Positions 1-7,505 of a stretch of 32,000 nt of DNA are shown one piece after another; position 1 is the stretch's first letter, and each line of letters opens with the position of its first letter. The notes under the pieces are model-generated. The model ran no database searches, was not told the origin of the DNA, and saw only the letters and a program-made list of their open reading frames with translations. The position numbers and the translations under genes are program-made. This stretch comes from Candidatus Nanosynbacter lyticus (GTDB taxonomy: Bacteria; Patescibacteriota; Saccharimonadia; Saccharimonadales; Saccharimonadaceae), in the NCBI RefSeq assembly GCF_030253515.1, contig NZ_CP124549.1:240001-272000 (forward strand), given 5' to 3'.

Positions 1-491
1 TACAGCCGACGCTGTTTCCACTGGAGCCGGTTAATCCGCTGGCGCTGCTAACGCAACTAGCATACGAGTCACGCGACATGCTGCGGCTGTATGACCGGCG
101 GGTGACGTGGCCGCGTACGGGCAAGAAGCGGCTGGTGGTGACTAATCCGCTGCTGCTTGGGCGGATTATGATGAATTTTCTCGATAATGCGATGCGCTAC
201 AGCGAGGCTGGGGCGGCAATTCGCGTGACCATGCGCCAGGCGGGGACGATGGTGCGGCTGGGTGTGCGGGATTTTGGGCCGATGATGAGCCTGGCGGAGT
301 ATCGGCGATTGGTGGATGAAATGACCGTGCGTAAATCAGTCAGAACCCGGCCGGACAGCAGCGGCCTCGGCGTGTATATCGCTGCGACGTTTGCGCGGGC
401 GATGGGCGGGCAGATCGGGCTGATACGCCACCGAGACGGACTGACGTTTTATGTTGATGTGCCGCTCAGCGAGCAGATGAGCTTGCTGTGA
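1..491 (+). CDS. Sensor histidine kinase, C-terminal ATPase (HATPase_c) part; 5' end lies outside the window
   Basis: ORF is open to the window edge. N-box-like NFLDNAMRYS, then GVRDFGPMM and SSGLGVYIA...MGGQIGL (G1/G2-box-like). Stop TGA 489-491 overlaps the next gene's GTG (GTGA). Confidence 0.8.
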   Translation, partial: QPTLFPLEPVNPLALLTQLAYESRDMLRLYDRRVTWPRTGKKRLVVTNPLLLGRIMMNFLDNAMRYSEAGAAIRVTMRQAGTMVRLGVRDFGPMMSLAEYRRLVDEMTVRKSVRTRPDSSGLGVYIAATFARAMGGQIGLIRHRDGLTFYVDVPLSEQMSLL

Positions 492-856
492 AAAAGCTAC
501 TGATCATCGAGGATGACCCGCAGTGGGCGGCAGTGCTGGAGCGGTATGCGCTGGAGGCGGGCTGTACGGCCCGAACAGTGGTGGCGGCTGGACAGGCGAT
601 GGCGATGATTGATGAGTGGCGGCCGGATGGCTTGATTCTCGATATGCTGCTGGCGGGTGAGACGGGAATGGCACTACTGAATGAGCTGCAAAGCCATGAG
701 GATCTGGCGCGGCTGCCAGTGGTGGTGTGCAGTAATGTAGCGCTTGATCTGGATCAGCTGCGGCCGTTTGGCGTGCGGGCGGTGCTTGATAAGGCGCGAA
801 TGACGCCCGATGACGTGCGAGCGGCGCTCAGCGTGCTAGGTGAGGAGGCTGAATGA
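488..856 (+). CDS. Stand-alone response-regulator receiver (CheY-like), no output domain
   Basis: LLIIEDD acidic pocket and GLILDMLL phospho-acceptor Asp context; 122 aa. Start and stop both overlap neighbouring genes (GTGA, ATGA). Confidence 0.85.
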   Translation: MKKLLIIEDDPQWAAVLERYALEAGCTARTVVAAGQAMAMIDEWRPDGLILDMLLAGETGMALLNELQSHEDLARLPVVVCSNVALDLDQLRPFGVRAVLDKARMTPDDVRAALSVLGEEAE

Positions 857-1530
857 AAGACGGTGAGCGACTCAAGGCGATTGTGCTACGGCGGACGGAT
901 TATGCGGAAGCTGATCGGGTATTGCAGTTACTAACGCCCCAGGGGCGGCGGGCGGTGATCGCCAAGGAGGTGCGCCGCGAGCGGAGCAAGCTGGCTGGCG
1001 GCATTGAGCTCCTGGCGCTGTGCGACGTGGTGATTCGTTCGGGCCGTGGTGAGCTGGGGCTGCTGACCAGTGCCAGGCTCAGCGCGTTTTATCGGCATAT
1101 CCTCGAGGATTATGAGCGGATGCGGTTTGCCTACCAGGCGCTCAAGCTGGTGGCGCAGGCGACCGAGACCGTTGACGGGCCGGAGTGGTTCGCGGTACTC
1201 AGTCAGGTGTTGGCGTGGCTTGATCGGCCGGCGGTTGATCGGCTGCTGGTCGAGACGTGGTTTTATATGCAGTACGCCGGGCTGTTGGGTGACGAGCTTA
1301 ATCTACGCACCGACGTGGCCGGGCGGACGCTCACGAGCGATAAATCATACATGTACGATCCAAGCGAAAAAGCCCTAAGGCCAAGCGAGCAGGGCGATTT
1401 AACGGCCGATCACATCAAGCTGCTGCGCCTCATCCAAGCCAAGCCGCTAGAAAATCTCACCCACATCGGCGGCCTCGGCCCGGTCATCGCTAGTTGCTGG
1501 CTGGTGACTAGGCAGCATGCGGCGGTGTAA
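853..1530 (+). CDS. recO: DNA repair protein RecO
   Basis: N-terminal OB-fold signature KAIVLRRTDYAEADRVLQLLTPQGRR...KLAGGIELL. Length 225 aa is typical of RecO. Confidence 0.8.
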   Translation: MKDGERLKAIVLRRTDYAEADRVLQLLTPQGRRAVIAKEVRRERSKLAGGIELLALCDVVIRSGRGELGLLTSARLSAFYRHILEDYERMRFAYQALKLVAQATETVDGPEWFAVLSQVLAWLDRPAVDRLLVETWFYMQYAGLLGDELNLRTDVAGRTLTSDKSYMYDPSEKALRPSEQGDLTADHIKLLRLIQAKPLENLTHIGGLGPVIASCWLVTRQHAAV

Positions 1531-2362
1531 CTGTGTCTTGTAGAGCATGCTTCACAATTGCTTTCCGTAGGGGGGAGAAGGCAGATTCCATGAAAGTATT
1601 AGGGTTTTGCCCGGACTCAATATCCGACTGATTAAGCTTGGTGAGTATGTTATGTGTTGAAATATCGGGGTTCTCTTCGGGGTTAATCTCTATCTCTTCC
1701 GAGTATTGGCCACGGAAATATTCAATCTCACGTAAATAGGACTCCTTGCAATATTCCACCTCGAGATCTGGCTTACTTATTTTGATAATCTCATCGGCAC
1801 ATTCCCAGAGCAGGGCAACTGCGCTTCTTTTAGCGTCGTCATCAAATCGACCCATCGCGGCGAGATCGCGTAACGTGCGCGCTAGGAATATTTTATTGAG
1901 GACGGAACTAAAAGAAATATCTATTCTTTTGGTCTGACTGGCGTAAACACTGTGAGCATCTTCTAGTGCTTGATCTAGGAAGGCCACCCTTACTTGGTCG
2001 GACACTTTACTGGTGCAGGCAGAGTCAAAATTACGCTTTGCCGAGAGAAAAGTATTGTGTTCATAGGGGGTGATGAGTCCTGAGAGTTGATCTCTGAGTA
2101 GCATCCATTGCCCAAAGTATTCTCTAATTTTGCCTTGCTCCTGAGCTGTTAGCGGGCTTGTGGAGCTAAAAGCAGCGAAACCAGTGACGCGGATCCCTTC
2201 GGCGACTATGCTTCTAGCTCTATCATCCGCTCCTTCGTATTTATCAGAAATCTCTAGTAATCTACGGACCTCCTCCAATGAGTATTCCTGGGGGTGACGT
2301 ATTACAGGGGAATCTGGAAAAATTTTATCTGTAGACGATGTGTTGTACTGTTCCTGATTCAT
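1508..2362 (-). CDS. Hypothetical protein, no family recognised
   Basis: Long uninterrupted ORF in a lower-GC stretch. I prefer ATG 2362 (GGGAG upstream) over the track's GTG 2398, which falls inside the predicted promoter. The 3' end overlaps recO by 23 nt (convergent). Confidence 0.55.
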   Translation of the reverse strand: MNQEQYNTSSTDKIFPDSPVIRHPQEYSLEEVRRLLEISDKYEGADDRARSIVAEGIRVTGFAAFSSTSPLTAQEQGKIREYFGQWMLLRDQLSGLITPYEHNTFLSAKRNFDSACTSKVSDQVRVAFLDQALEDAHSVYASQTKRIDISFSSVLNKIFLARTLRDLAAMGRFDDDAKRSAVALLWECADEIIKISKPDLEVEYCKESYLREIEYFRGQYSEEIEINPEENPDISTHNILTKLNQSDIESGQNPNTFMESAFSPLRKAIVKHALQDTVTPPHAA

Positions 2363-2388
2363 AACACCATTGATACTCCCTATGTGCG

Positions 2389-2417
2389 ATTGTTGCACAA
2401 TAAATAGCGACCGTCAA
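2389..2417 (-). promoter_or_regulatory. Sigma-70-type promoter for the 1508-2362 gene
   Basis: On the - strand: TTGACG, 17 nt, TGcAACAAT (forward coordinates 2412-2417 and 2389-2397). Confidence 0.4.
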
Positions 2418-2420
2418 GCA

Positions 2421-2429
2421 TGCTATAAT
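2421..2429 (+). promoter_or_regulatory. Extended -10 (TGcTATAAT) upstream of glyQS
   Basis: TGCTATAAT at 2421-2429. This implies a ~45-nt leader to ATG 2481, which has GGGGAAAGG 8 nt upstream. Confidence 0.45.
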
Positions 2430-2480
2430 AAACCTTAGTTAATGAATCGCCATGTTGCCAACATGGGGAAAGGTTGTGTG

Positions 2481-3824
2481 ATGAGTCAAGCAAAAATGGA
2501 AGATATTATCAGCCTGTGTAAGCGCCGCGGCTTTATTTATCAGGGGTCGGATGTGTATGGCGGTCTTTCTGGCACCTGGGATTATGGTCCGCTGGGCGTG
2601 CAGCTGAAGCGTAATATCATGAATTTGTGGTGGCGCAGGTTTGTTGACGAGCGTGACAACATGTACGGCGTCGATGCAGCGATTTTGATGAATCAGAAGG
2701 TCTGGCAGGCCAGTGGGCATGTCGATACGTTCGTCGATCCGCTGTGTGAAGATACGGTCAATCACCGTCGCTACCGCACCGATCATATTCTCAAGGATAA
2801 TGGTGTTGATGTAGATGGCATGACCATGGAACAGATGGATGTGGTAATTGCTGAGAAAGGCATCAAAAGCCCCGATGGCAATCCGCTGAGTAAATCGCGA
2901 ACGTTTAATATGATGTTCAAGACACGCGTCGGTGCAACTGAAAGTGAGGACAGTATTTCGTACCTCCGCCCAGAAACCGCCCAGGGTATCTTCACCAATT
3001 TCAAAAACGTCGTCGATAGTTTCTACCCGAACTTACCGTTTGGCATCGCTCAGCAGGGCAAGGCGTTTCGTAATGAGATTGCGCCGCGCGACTTCGTCTT
3101 CCGCTCTCGCGAGTTTGAGCAGATGGAGATTGAATATTTCGTCGACCCTGAGCATTGGCAGGAGGCGTTTGACGAGCTGCTGGCGGCGACACATGCCTTT
3201 TTGGCAGAGCTAGGTCTAAAACCAGAGCACATTCACGAGCTGGACGTGCCGGCGGAAGATCGGGCGCACTACAGTAAAAAGACGATCGACATCGAATACG
3301 ATTATCCAATTGGCCGCGAGGAGCTGATGGGCATCGCGTATCGGACTGATTTTGACTTGATGAACATCCAACGCGCTAGTGGCAAGAGCATGGAATACAC
3401 CGTCAAGGGAACGAACACAAAATTTGTTCCGCACGTCATCGAGCCGTCGTTTGGTGTGGAGCGGGCACTAATGGCGGTGCTGGCCAGTAGCTATCACGAG
3501 GATGAACAAAATGGCGAAAAGCGGGTGTATTTGGCGTTGCCAGAGCATTTGGCGCCGGTCAAATTTGCCGTTTCGCCACTGCTCAAGAACAAGCCAGAAT
3601 TGGTAGAAAAAGCCCGCGAAGTCTACGCCCAGCTCGCCAAAGCCAACCCCGGCCGAGTGATGTGGGACGACAACGGCAACATCGGCAAACGCTACCGCCG
3701 CCAAGACGAAATCGGCACGCCATACTGCGTGGTTATTGACTTCCAGACGCTGGAGGACGGCACTGTCACCGTGCGCGAGCGGGATACGACGGAGCAGCGG
3801 CGGGTGAAGATTGAGGAGCTGTAG
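2481..3824 (+). CDS. glyQS: Glycine--tRNA ligase (homodimeric class II GlyQS type)
   Basis: MEDIISLCKRRGFIYQGSDVYGGLSGTWDYGPLG, RPETAQGIF and FRNEIAPR motifs, plus a C-terminal anticodon-binding region. Start chosen at MSQAK (SD-like upstream); the track start 2442 is an alternative. Confidence 0.9.
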   Translation: MSQAKMEDIISLCKRRGFIYQGSDVYGGLSGTWDYGPLGVQLKRNIMNLWWRRFVDERDNMYGVDAAILMNQKVWQASGHVDTFVDPLCEDTVNHRRYRTDHILKDNGVDVDGMTMEQMDVVIAEKGIKSPDGNPLSKSRTFNMMFKTRVGATESEDSISYLRPETAQGIFTNFKNVVDSFYPNLPFGIAQQGKAFRNEIAPRDFVFRSREFEQMEIEYFVDPEHWQEAFDELLAATHAFLAELGLKPEHIHELDVPAEDRAHYSKKTIDIEYDYPIGREELMGIAYRTDFDLMNIQRASGKSMEYTVKGTNTKFVPHVIEPSFGVERALMAVLASSYHEDEQNGEKRVYLALPEHLAPVKFAVSPLLKNKPELVEKAREVYAQLAKANPGRVMWDDNGNIGKRYRRQDEIGTPYCVVIDFQTLEDGTVTVRERDTTEQRRVKIEEL

Positions 3825-3868
3825 ATACTAGATATGAAAAAATAAATTAGTTTTGAGGAGCTAAAATA

Positions 3869-4486
3869 TTGATAGAAAGTAGGCCTGAGTTTGATAAAAT
3901 TACATCGTTTGCTGAGTTTAATAAATACTATTGGTATCGTGAGGAAATTTCACAGATTTGCAAGTCATTAGGATTAGAATATAAAGGTACAAAACAGGAA
4001 CTCAATTATATTATTGAGCAATACTTTAAGGGTAATTTGATTAAAAAATCATCAATAAAAAATGAGAAGAAGCAAGTTGAAAATATTACATTAGATATGC
4101 CATTACTTGAATGTGGTTTTTCCTTCAATGCAAAGTTTAGGGAATATTTCTCTGTTTTAACAGGTATCTCACCATTTAAATTTACTGCTGATATGGCGAC
4201 TGCTTGGCGGAAAGTAAAAAGAGAAAAGGATAGCAAATTTACAATCAAAGATTTACTGAAGGTGTATTATGGCGAATCAGATTATGCCAAGTATGATAAT
4301 TCGGTTTGTCAATGGAATCAATTTTTAAAGGATTTCTGTGCAGATGAAAATAGCCGCAACTATTCGAACAAATTAAAAGTAGCTGCTATTCTTTGGAAAG
4401 AAGTCAGAAATTCAAAAAAGGAAAAAATCTATTCAAAGAATCTTTTGACTGAACATGAACATACAATAAAAGAGTATCACGAGTAG
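3869..4486 (+). CDS. Hypothetical protein with N-terminal SAP-like motif, in an AT-rich island
   Basis: FAEFNKYYWYREEISQICKSLGLEYKGTKQELNYIIEQYF resembles a SAP helix-extended-helix. TTG start is preceded by GAGGAG (3853-3858). Composition is far more AT-rich than both flanks. Confidence 0.6.
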   Translation: MIESRPEFDKITSFAEFNKYYWYREEISQICKSLGLEYKGTKQELNYIIEQYFKGNLIKKSSIKNEKKQVENITLDMPLLECGFSFNAKFREYFSVLTGISPFKFTADMATAWRKVKREKDSKFTIKDLLKVYYGESDYAKYDNSVCQWNQFLKDFCADENSRNYSNKLKVAAILWKEVRNSKKEKIYSKNLLTEHEHTIKEYHE

Positions 4487-4592
4487 GTAATTTCCAACTT
4501 GTTAGCACCTAATGAGTAGTTAGTAATGGATATTGGAAAGACAGAATATACTGTAGACGAAATGGTATCAGCCATCTGGCGTTCAGGTGTAG

Positions 4593-4598
4593 TATAAT
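4593..4598 (+). promoter_or_regulatory. -10 hexamer TATAAT, 7 nt before ATG 4606
   Basis: TATAAT at 4593-4598. It overlaps the track's ATG 4597, so in-frame ATG 4606 is the likelier (leaderless) start. Confidence 0.45.
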
Positions 4599-4605
4599 GA
4601 CTCTC

Positions 4606-5091
4606 ATGACAAAAACCACCAAAGGACATATCATCACGCAGAATTTAGATGGCACCGATCATCTGGATTGTCTGTATCGCATCTCTCTCAAAGCGCTAAT
4701 TTACAACGACGTTGGGCAAATTTTGGTCGTCAAAGAAATTGATCGGACGTATTGGGATTTGCCGGGTGGTGGCATGGACTTCGGTGAGACGATTGAGTCG
4801 TCGCTGAAACGCGAACTGTACGAAGAAGTCGGCTATAAAGGTGATTTGCGCTATCAACTGTTTGACGCATCAGAACAGATGTATATCGAGCGGCTTGATG
4901 CAAATCAAATCTGTTTTTATTGTCGCGTCTGGCCGGAGAACTTTGATTTTATACCAGGTGAAGAGGGCGATGAAGTGATGTTCGTTGACCCTGAGGAATT
5001 ATTGCTTCAGAAGAGCGAGGTTGACGCGCCAGAACGGGCATATAGAGCGCATGAGAAATGGCAGGAGCTGCATAGCGAAATCGTGCGGTAG
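4606..5091 (+). CDS. NUDIX hydrolase
   Basis: Nudix box GGGMDFGETIESSLKRELYEEVG (GX5EX7REUXEEXGU). Confidence 0.85.
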   Translation: MTKTTKGHIITQNLDGTDHLDCLYRISLKALIYNDVGQILVVKEIDRTYWDLPGGGMDFGETIESSLKRELYEEVGYKGDLRYQLFDASEQMYIERLDANQICFYCRVWPENFDFIPGEEGDEVMFVDPEELLLQKSEVDAPERAYRAHEKWQELHSEIVR

Positions 5092-5118
5092 GTAAATATT
5101 GATTTGGTTTCGCTAACA

Positions 5119-5147
5119 TTGCAATAAAATTATAATTTTGTTATAAT
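5119..5147 (+). promoter_or_regulatory. Promoter of the antitoxin-doc operon: TTGCAA, 17 nt, TGtTATAAT
   Basis: TTGCAA at 5119-5124 and TATAAT at 5142-5147 with TG at 5139-5140. ATG 5154 lies 6 nt after the hexamer. A second TATAAT sits at 5131-5136. Confidence 0.6.
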
Positions 5148-5153
5148 GTTTGT

Positions 5154-5381
5154 ATGGTAATCACTACGATTCAAAAAGTTATCAAGATTGGTTCCAGCCG
5201 CGGCGTGACGCTGCCAGCGCGGGATTTGCGGGCGCTGGGGATTCGCGATGGCGACGAGGTGCGATTAACGGTTGAGCAGATAAGGCCAATTAAACAGGCA
5301 AATAAGCCGTTGCTTCGCCAGGAATACGATGATTTTAAAAAACAATACGGCGAAACGCTGAAAAACTTGGCAGACCGATGA
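5154..5381 (+). CDS. AbrB/SpoVT-fold antitoxin, partner of Doc
   Basis: VIKIGSSRGVTLPARDLRALGIRDGDEVRL looped-hinge-helix motif; 75 aa. ATGA overlap with doc. Confidence 0.8.
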   Translation: MVITTIQKVIKIGSSRGVTLPARDLRALGIRDGDEVRLTVEQIRPIKQANKPLLRQEYDDFKKQYGETLKNLADR

Positions 5382-5791
5382 TTCGCTATCTGGAGATTGA
5401 CGAAATTCTAAAGCTGCACTTTTGGATAATTGAGGATTTTGGCGGCTCGCATGGCGTACGCGATGAACTGGGGCTAAAGTCGCTAGTGGCCGCGCCGCAA
5501 ACAATTGTTTTTGGCGAGGAGCAATATGTGTCAGTTCACGAAAAGGCGGCGGTTTATTTGCGTAATTGTATAGCAGACCATGTCTTTACCGATGGCAATA
5601 AGCGCACAGCGGTGACGATTACTGGTATCTTTTTGGCGAGAAATGGCTGGAGAATGACTGCGGCGGCTGCTGAACTAGAAAATTTCGCCGTCCGCGTCGC
5701 GACCGATCATCTCGATATTGATGCGATTGTTGATTGGCTGGAGCGTCATTCGCGGGGACGTATCGATGATTTGATAATTAAGGAATTTTAG
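5378..5791 (+). CDS. doc: Doc (death-on-curing) Fic-fold toxin
   Basis: Doc-type Fic motif HVFTDGNKRTA; 137 aa. Translationally coupled to the upstream antitoxin. Confidence 0.85.
   Translation: MIRYLEIDEILKLHFWIIEDFGGSHGVRDELGLKSLVAAPQTIVFGEEQYVSVHEKAAVYLRNCIADHVFTDGNKRTAVTITGIFLARNGWRMTAAAAELENFAVRVATDHLDIDAIVDWLERHSRGRIDDLIIKEF
5684..5753 (+). repeat. Copy 1 of a 70-nt direct repeat (3' part of doc)
   Basis: 66/70 identical to 7400-7469. The first 45 nt (5684-5728) are identical. Confidence 0.95.
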
Positions 5792-5835
5792 TGGCAAATA
5801 GGGTTCCTGAGAGATTTCTCGCTGCCTGATAGGGG

Positions 5836-5844
5836 TGATATACT
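5836..5844 (+). promoter_or_regulatory. Extended -10 TGaTATACT, 7 nt before ATG 5852
   Basis: TGATATACT at 5836-5844. No SD between it and the ATG. Confidence 0.45.
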
Positions 5845-5851
5845 AGAGTTT

Positions 5852-6421
5852 ATGACCGTTATTTATATTGCTCGCCACGGCCAAGATGAAGACAATGTGC
5901 GTGGGATTTTGAATGGTCATCGCAACCTGCCGCTGACTGATTTGGGGCGTCAGCAGGCGCAGCAATTGGCGCGGCGCATCAGGGATAGGGAGCTGGTTTT
6001 TGACGTGGTGTACGCGTCGCCACTTGATCGGGCCCTTGAGACGGCAGCAATTGTGGCGACGGAGCTGGGTCTTGCCGAGCCGATAGTTCACGATGATTTA
6101 ATCGAGCGTAATTTTGGCATTATGACCGGTAGGCCGGCCGCTGATGTTGAGGAAATGTGTGCGCCGGACATCATCAAAACAGAAAACGTGACCTATTTTT
6201 TGAATCCTGACGGCGCTGAGACTTTTCCTGAGTTATTGGCTCGCGGCCAGTGGGTGCTTGATTCTATGGCGTGTCGACACCCTGATCAAACGGTACTACT
6301 GGTATGCCATGGCGATATCGGCAAAATGATATATGCTGCGGCAACTAATATGCCATGGCGTCGGGTGTTGACTGATTTTTACTTTGGTAATACGGATATT
6401 GTCGGGCCGGTGCGTGATTAA
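5852..6421 (+). CDS. Histidine phosphatase family protein (phosphoglycerate-mutase-like)
   Basis: IYIARHGQDEDN (catalytic RHG motif) and a later LLVCHGD His motif; 189 aa. Confidence 0.8.
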   Translation: MTVIYIARHGQDEDNVRGILNGHRNLPLTDLGRQQAQQLARRIRDRELVFDVVYASPLDRALETAAIVATELGLAEPIVHDDLIERNFGIMTGRPAADVEEMCAPDIIKTENVTYFLNPDGAETFPELLARGQWVLDSMACRHPDQTVLLVCHGDIGKMIYAAATNMPWRRVLTDFYFGNTDIVGPVRD

Positions 6422-6483
6422 TGGCCTCGGGTATGGTATTATGTGTATACAATTGGTTGTTAATTTCAAAAGGGAGAGGCAAA

Positions 6484-7365
6484 ATGACAAAGCATAGAAC
6501 AACCCTCGTCGCCGGAGCCACAGGTTATCTCGGACGTTTCGTCGTCGCCGAGCTGCACCGCCGTGGCCACAAGGTGCGCGCGATCACCCGCAGTCGCGAG
6601 CGGGCCGTCTCTCCAGGCCCCTGGGATTCTCCCTCACTGGATGGCCTCGTCGACGACTGGGCCGTCGGGGAGGTCACGAATCCCGCATTCATCGCCGATG
6701 TCGCGGAAGGAGTCGACGACGTCATATCCACCTTGGGGGTCACCAAGCAGAAGGCCAATCCTTGGGACATCGACCACCGGGCCAATCTCGCCATCCTGCG
6801 CTCCGCGGAGAAGTACGGCGTCAAGCACTTCTGCTTCGTCAACGTCATCGGAGGCGACCAGTGCCCGGCACAGCTGACCCGGGCAAAGACCGCTTTCGCC
6901 CAAGAACTGACAGCCTCCCGGATATCGAGTCAGATCATCAATCCCCCCGGGTACTTCTCCGACATGACCCAGATTCTTCAGATGGCCAAAAAGGGTCGCG
7001 TCTTCCTCTTCCGCCCGGAAACCAGGATCAATCCCATTCACGGCGCCGACCTCGCGAAGTTCTGCATCGACCGCTTGACCGACGGCGAGGAGGGCGCATG
7101 GAACGTGGGAGGCCCTGAGGTCTTCACCTGGAAAGGGCTCGCTGAGTGCGCTTTCCAGGCTCTTCAACGGCCTACACGCGTCACAACCGTGTCGCCCGCC
7201 ATCCTGTCACCCCTCATCGGAGTCCTCGGGCTCTTCAACCGGAGAAAGGCCGACACGCTGCGCTTCATCTCATGGAACATGCTCCACGACTGCGTAGGTG
7301 AGCCCTTCGGCACTCATGGACTGCTCGACTTCTACAAGGATCTGGTCCAAAAAGACGGTGATTAG
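6484..7365 (+). CDS. NAD(P)-binding NmrA-like / atypical SDR protein; high-GC, probably acquired
   Basis: Rossmann motif TLVAGATGYLGRFVV near the N-terminus. SD GGGAGAGG lies before ATG 6484. A sampled block 6541-6600 has 44/60 G+C, far above the window norm, with GC-rich third codon positions. Confidence 0.75.
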   Translation: MTKHRTTLVAGATGYLGRFVVAELHRRGHKVRAITRSRERAVSPGPWDSPSLDGLVDDWAVGEVTNPAFIADVAEGVDDVISTLGVTKQKANPWDIDHRANLAILRSAEKYGVKHFCFVNVIGGDQCPAQLTRAKTAFAQELTASRISSQIINPPGYFSDMTQILQMAKKGRVFLFRPETRINPIHGADLAKFCIDRLTDGEEGAWNVGGPEVFTWKGLAECAFQALQRPTRVTTVSPAILSPLIGVLGLFNRRKADTLRFISWNMLHDCVGEPFGTHGLLDFYKDLVQKDGD

Positions 7366-7384
7366 CCACTTCGTGGTGTGGTGC

Positions 7385-7492
7385 GGAGACATAGAGGACT
7401 TCGCCGTCCGCGTCGCGACCGATCATCTCGATATTGATGCGATTACTGATTGGCTGAAGCGTTATTCGCAAATGCGCGTATCCCAAACGTGA
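7385..7492 (+). pseudogene. 3'-terminal remnant of a second doc copy
   Basis: Encodes ...IEDFAVRVATDHLDIDAITDWLKRYSQ, versus Doc ...LENFAVRVATDHLDIDAIVDWLERHSR. No N-terminal Fic motif and no antitoxin are present. Confidence 0.75.
7400..7469 (+). repeat. Copy 2 of the 70-nt doc-derived direct repeat
   Basis: 66/70 identical to 5684-5753, offset 1716 nt. Confidence 0.95.
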
Positions 7493-7498
7493 TATCAT
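7490..7498 (+). promoter_or_regulatory. Extended -10 TGaTATCAT, 7 nt before ATG 7506
   Basis: TGATATCAT at 7490-7498. It overlaps the stop codon of the doc remnant. Confidence 0.35.
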
Positions 7499-7505
7499 TC
7501 ATACT

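Noticed and set aside
2430-2480. Possible T-box leader upstream of glyQS
   Set aside because: The distance from the predicted -10 to the start codon is only ~50 nt, far too short for a T-box. No specifier or T-box sequence is seen.
2439-3704. Multiple - strand and alternative-frame ORFs within glyQS
   Set aside because: They overlap a high-confidence conserved gene and have no motifs.
4526-4597. 23-codon ORF between the SAP-motif gene and the NUDIX gene
   Set aside because: It has no SD or promoter, and its stop overlaps the NUDIX -10 hexamer. Likely fortuitous.
6525-7167. Several long ORFs (104-177 aa) on both strands overlapping the NmrA-like gene
   Set aside because: They fall in alternative frames of a very GC-rich gene, where stop codons are rare. 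Their products are Arg/Pro/Ser-rich with no motifs. The Rossmann-motif frame 6484-7365 explains the region.
7298-7492. 64-aa ORF in the track
   Set aside because: It is chimeric. Its first part is an out-of-frame read of the NmrA-like gene's 3' end, and only its last ~35 codons are doc-like. It is better described as a doc remnant (pseudogene).
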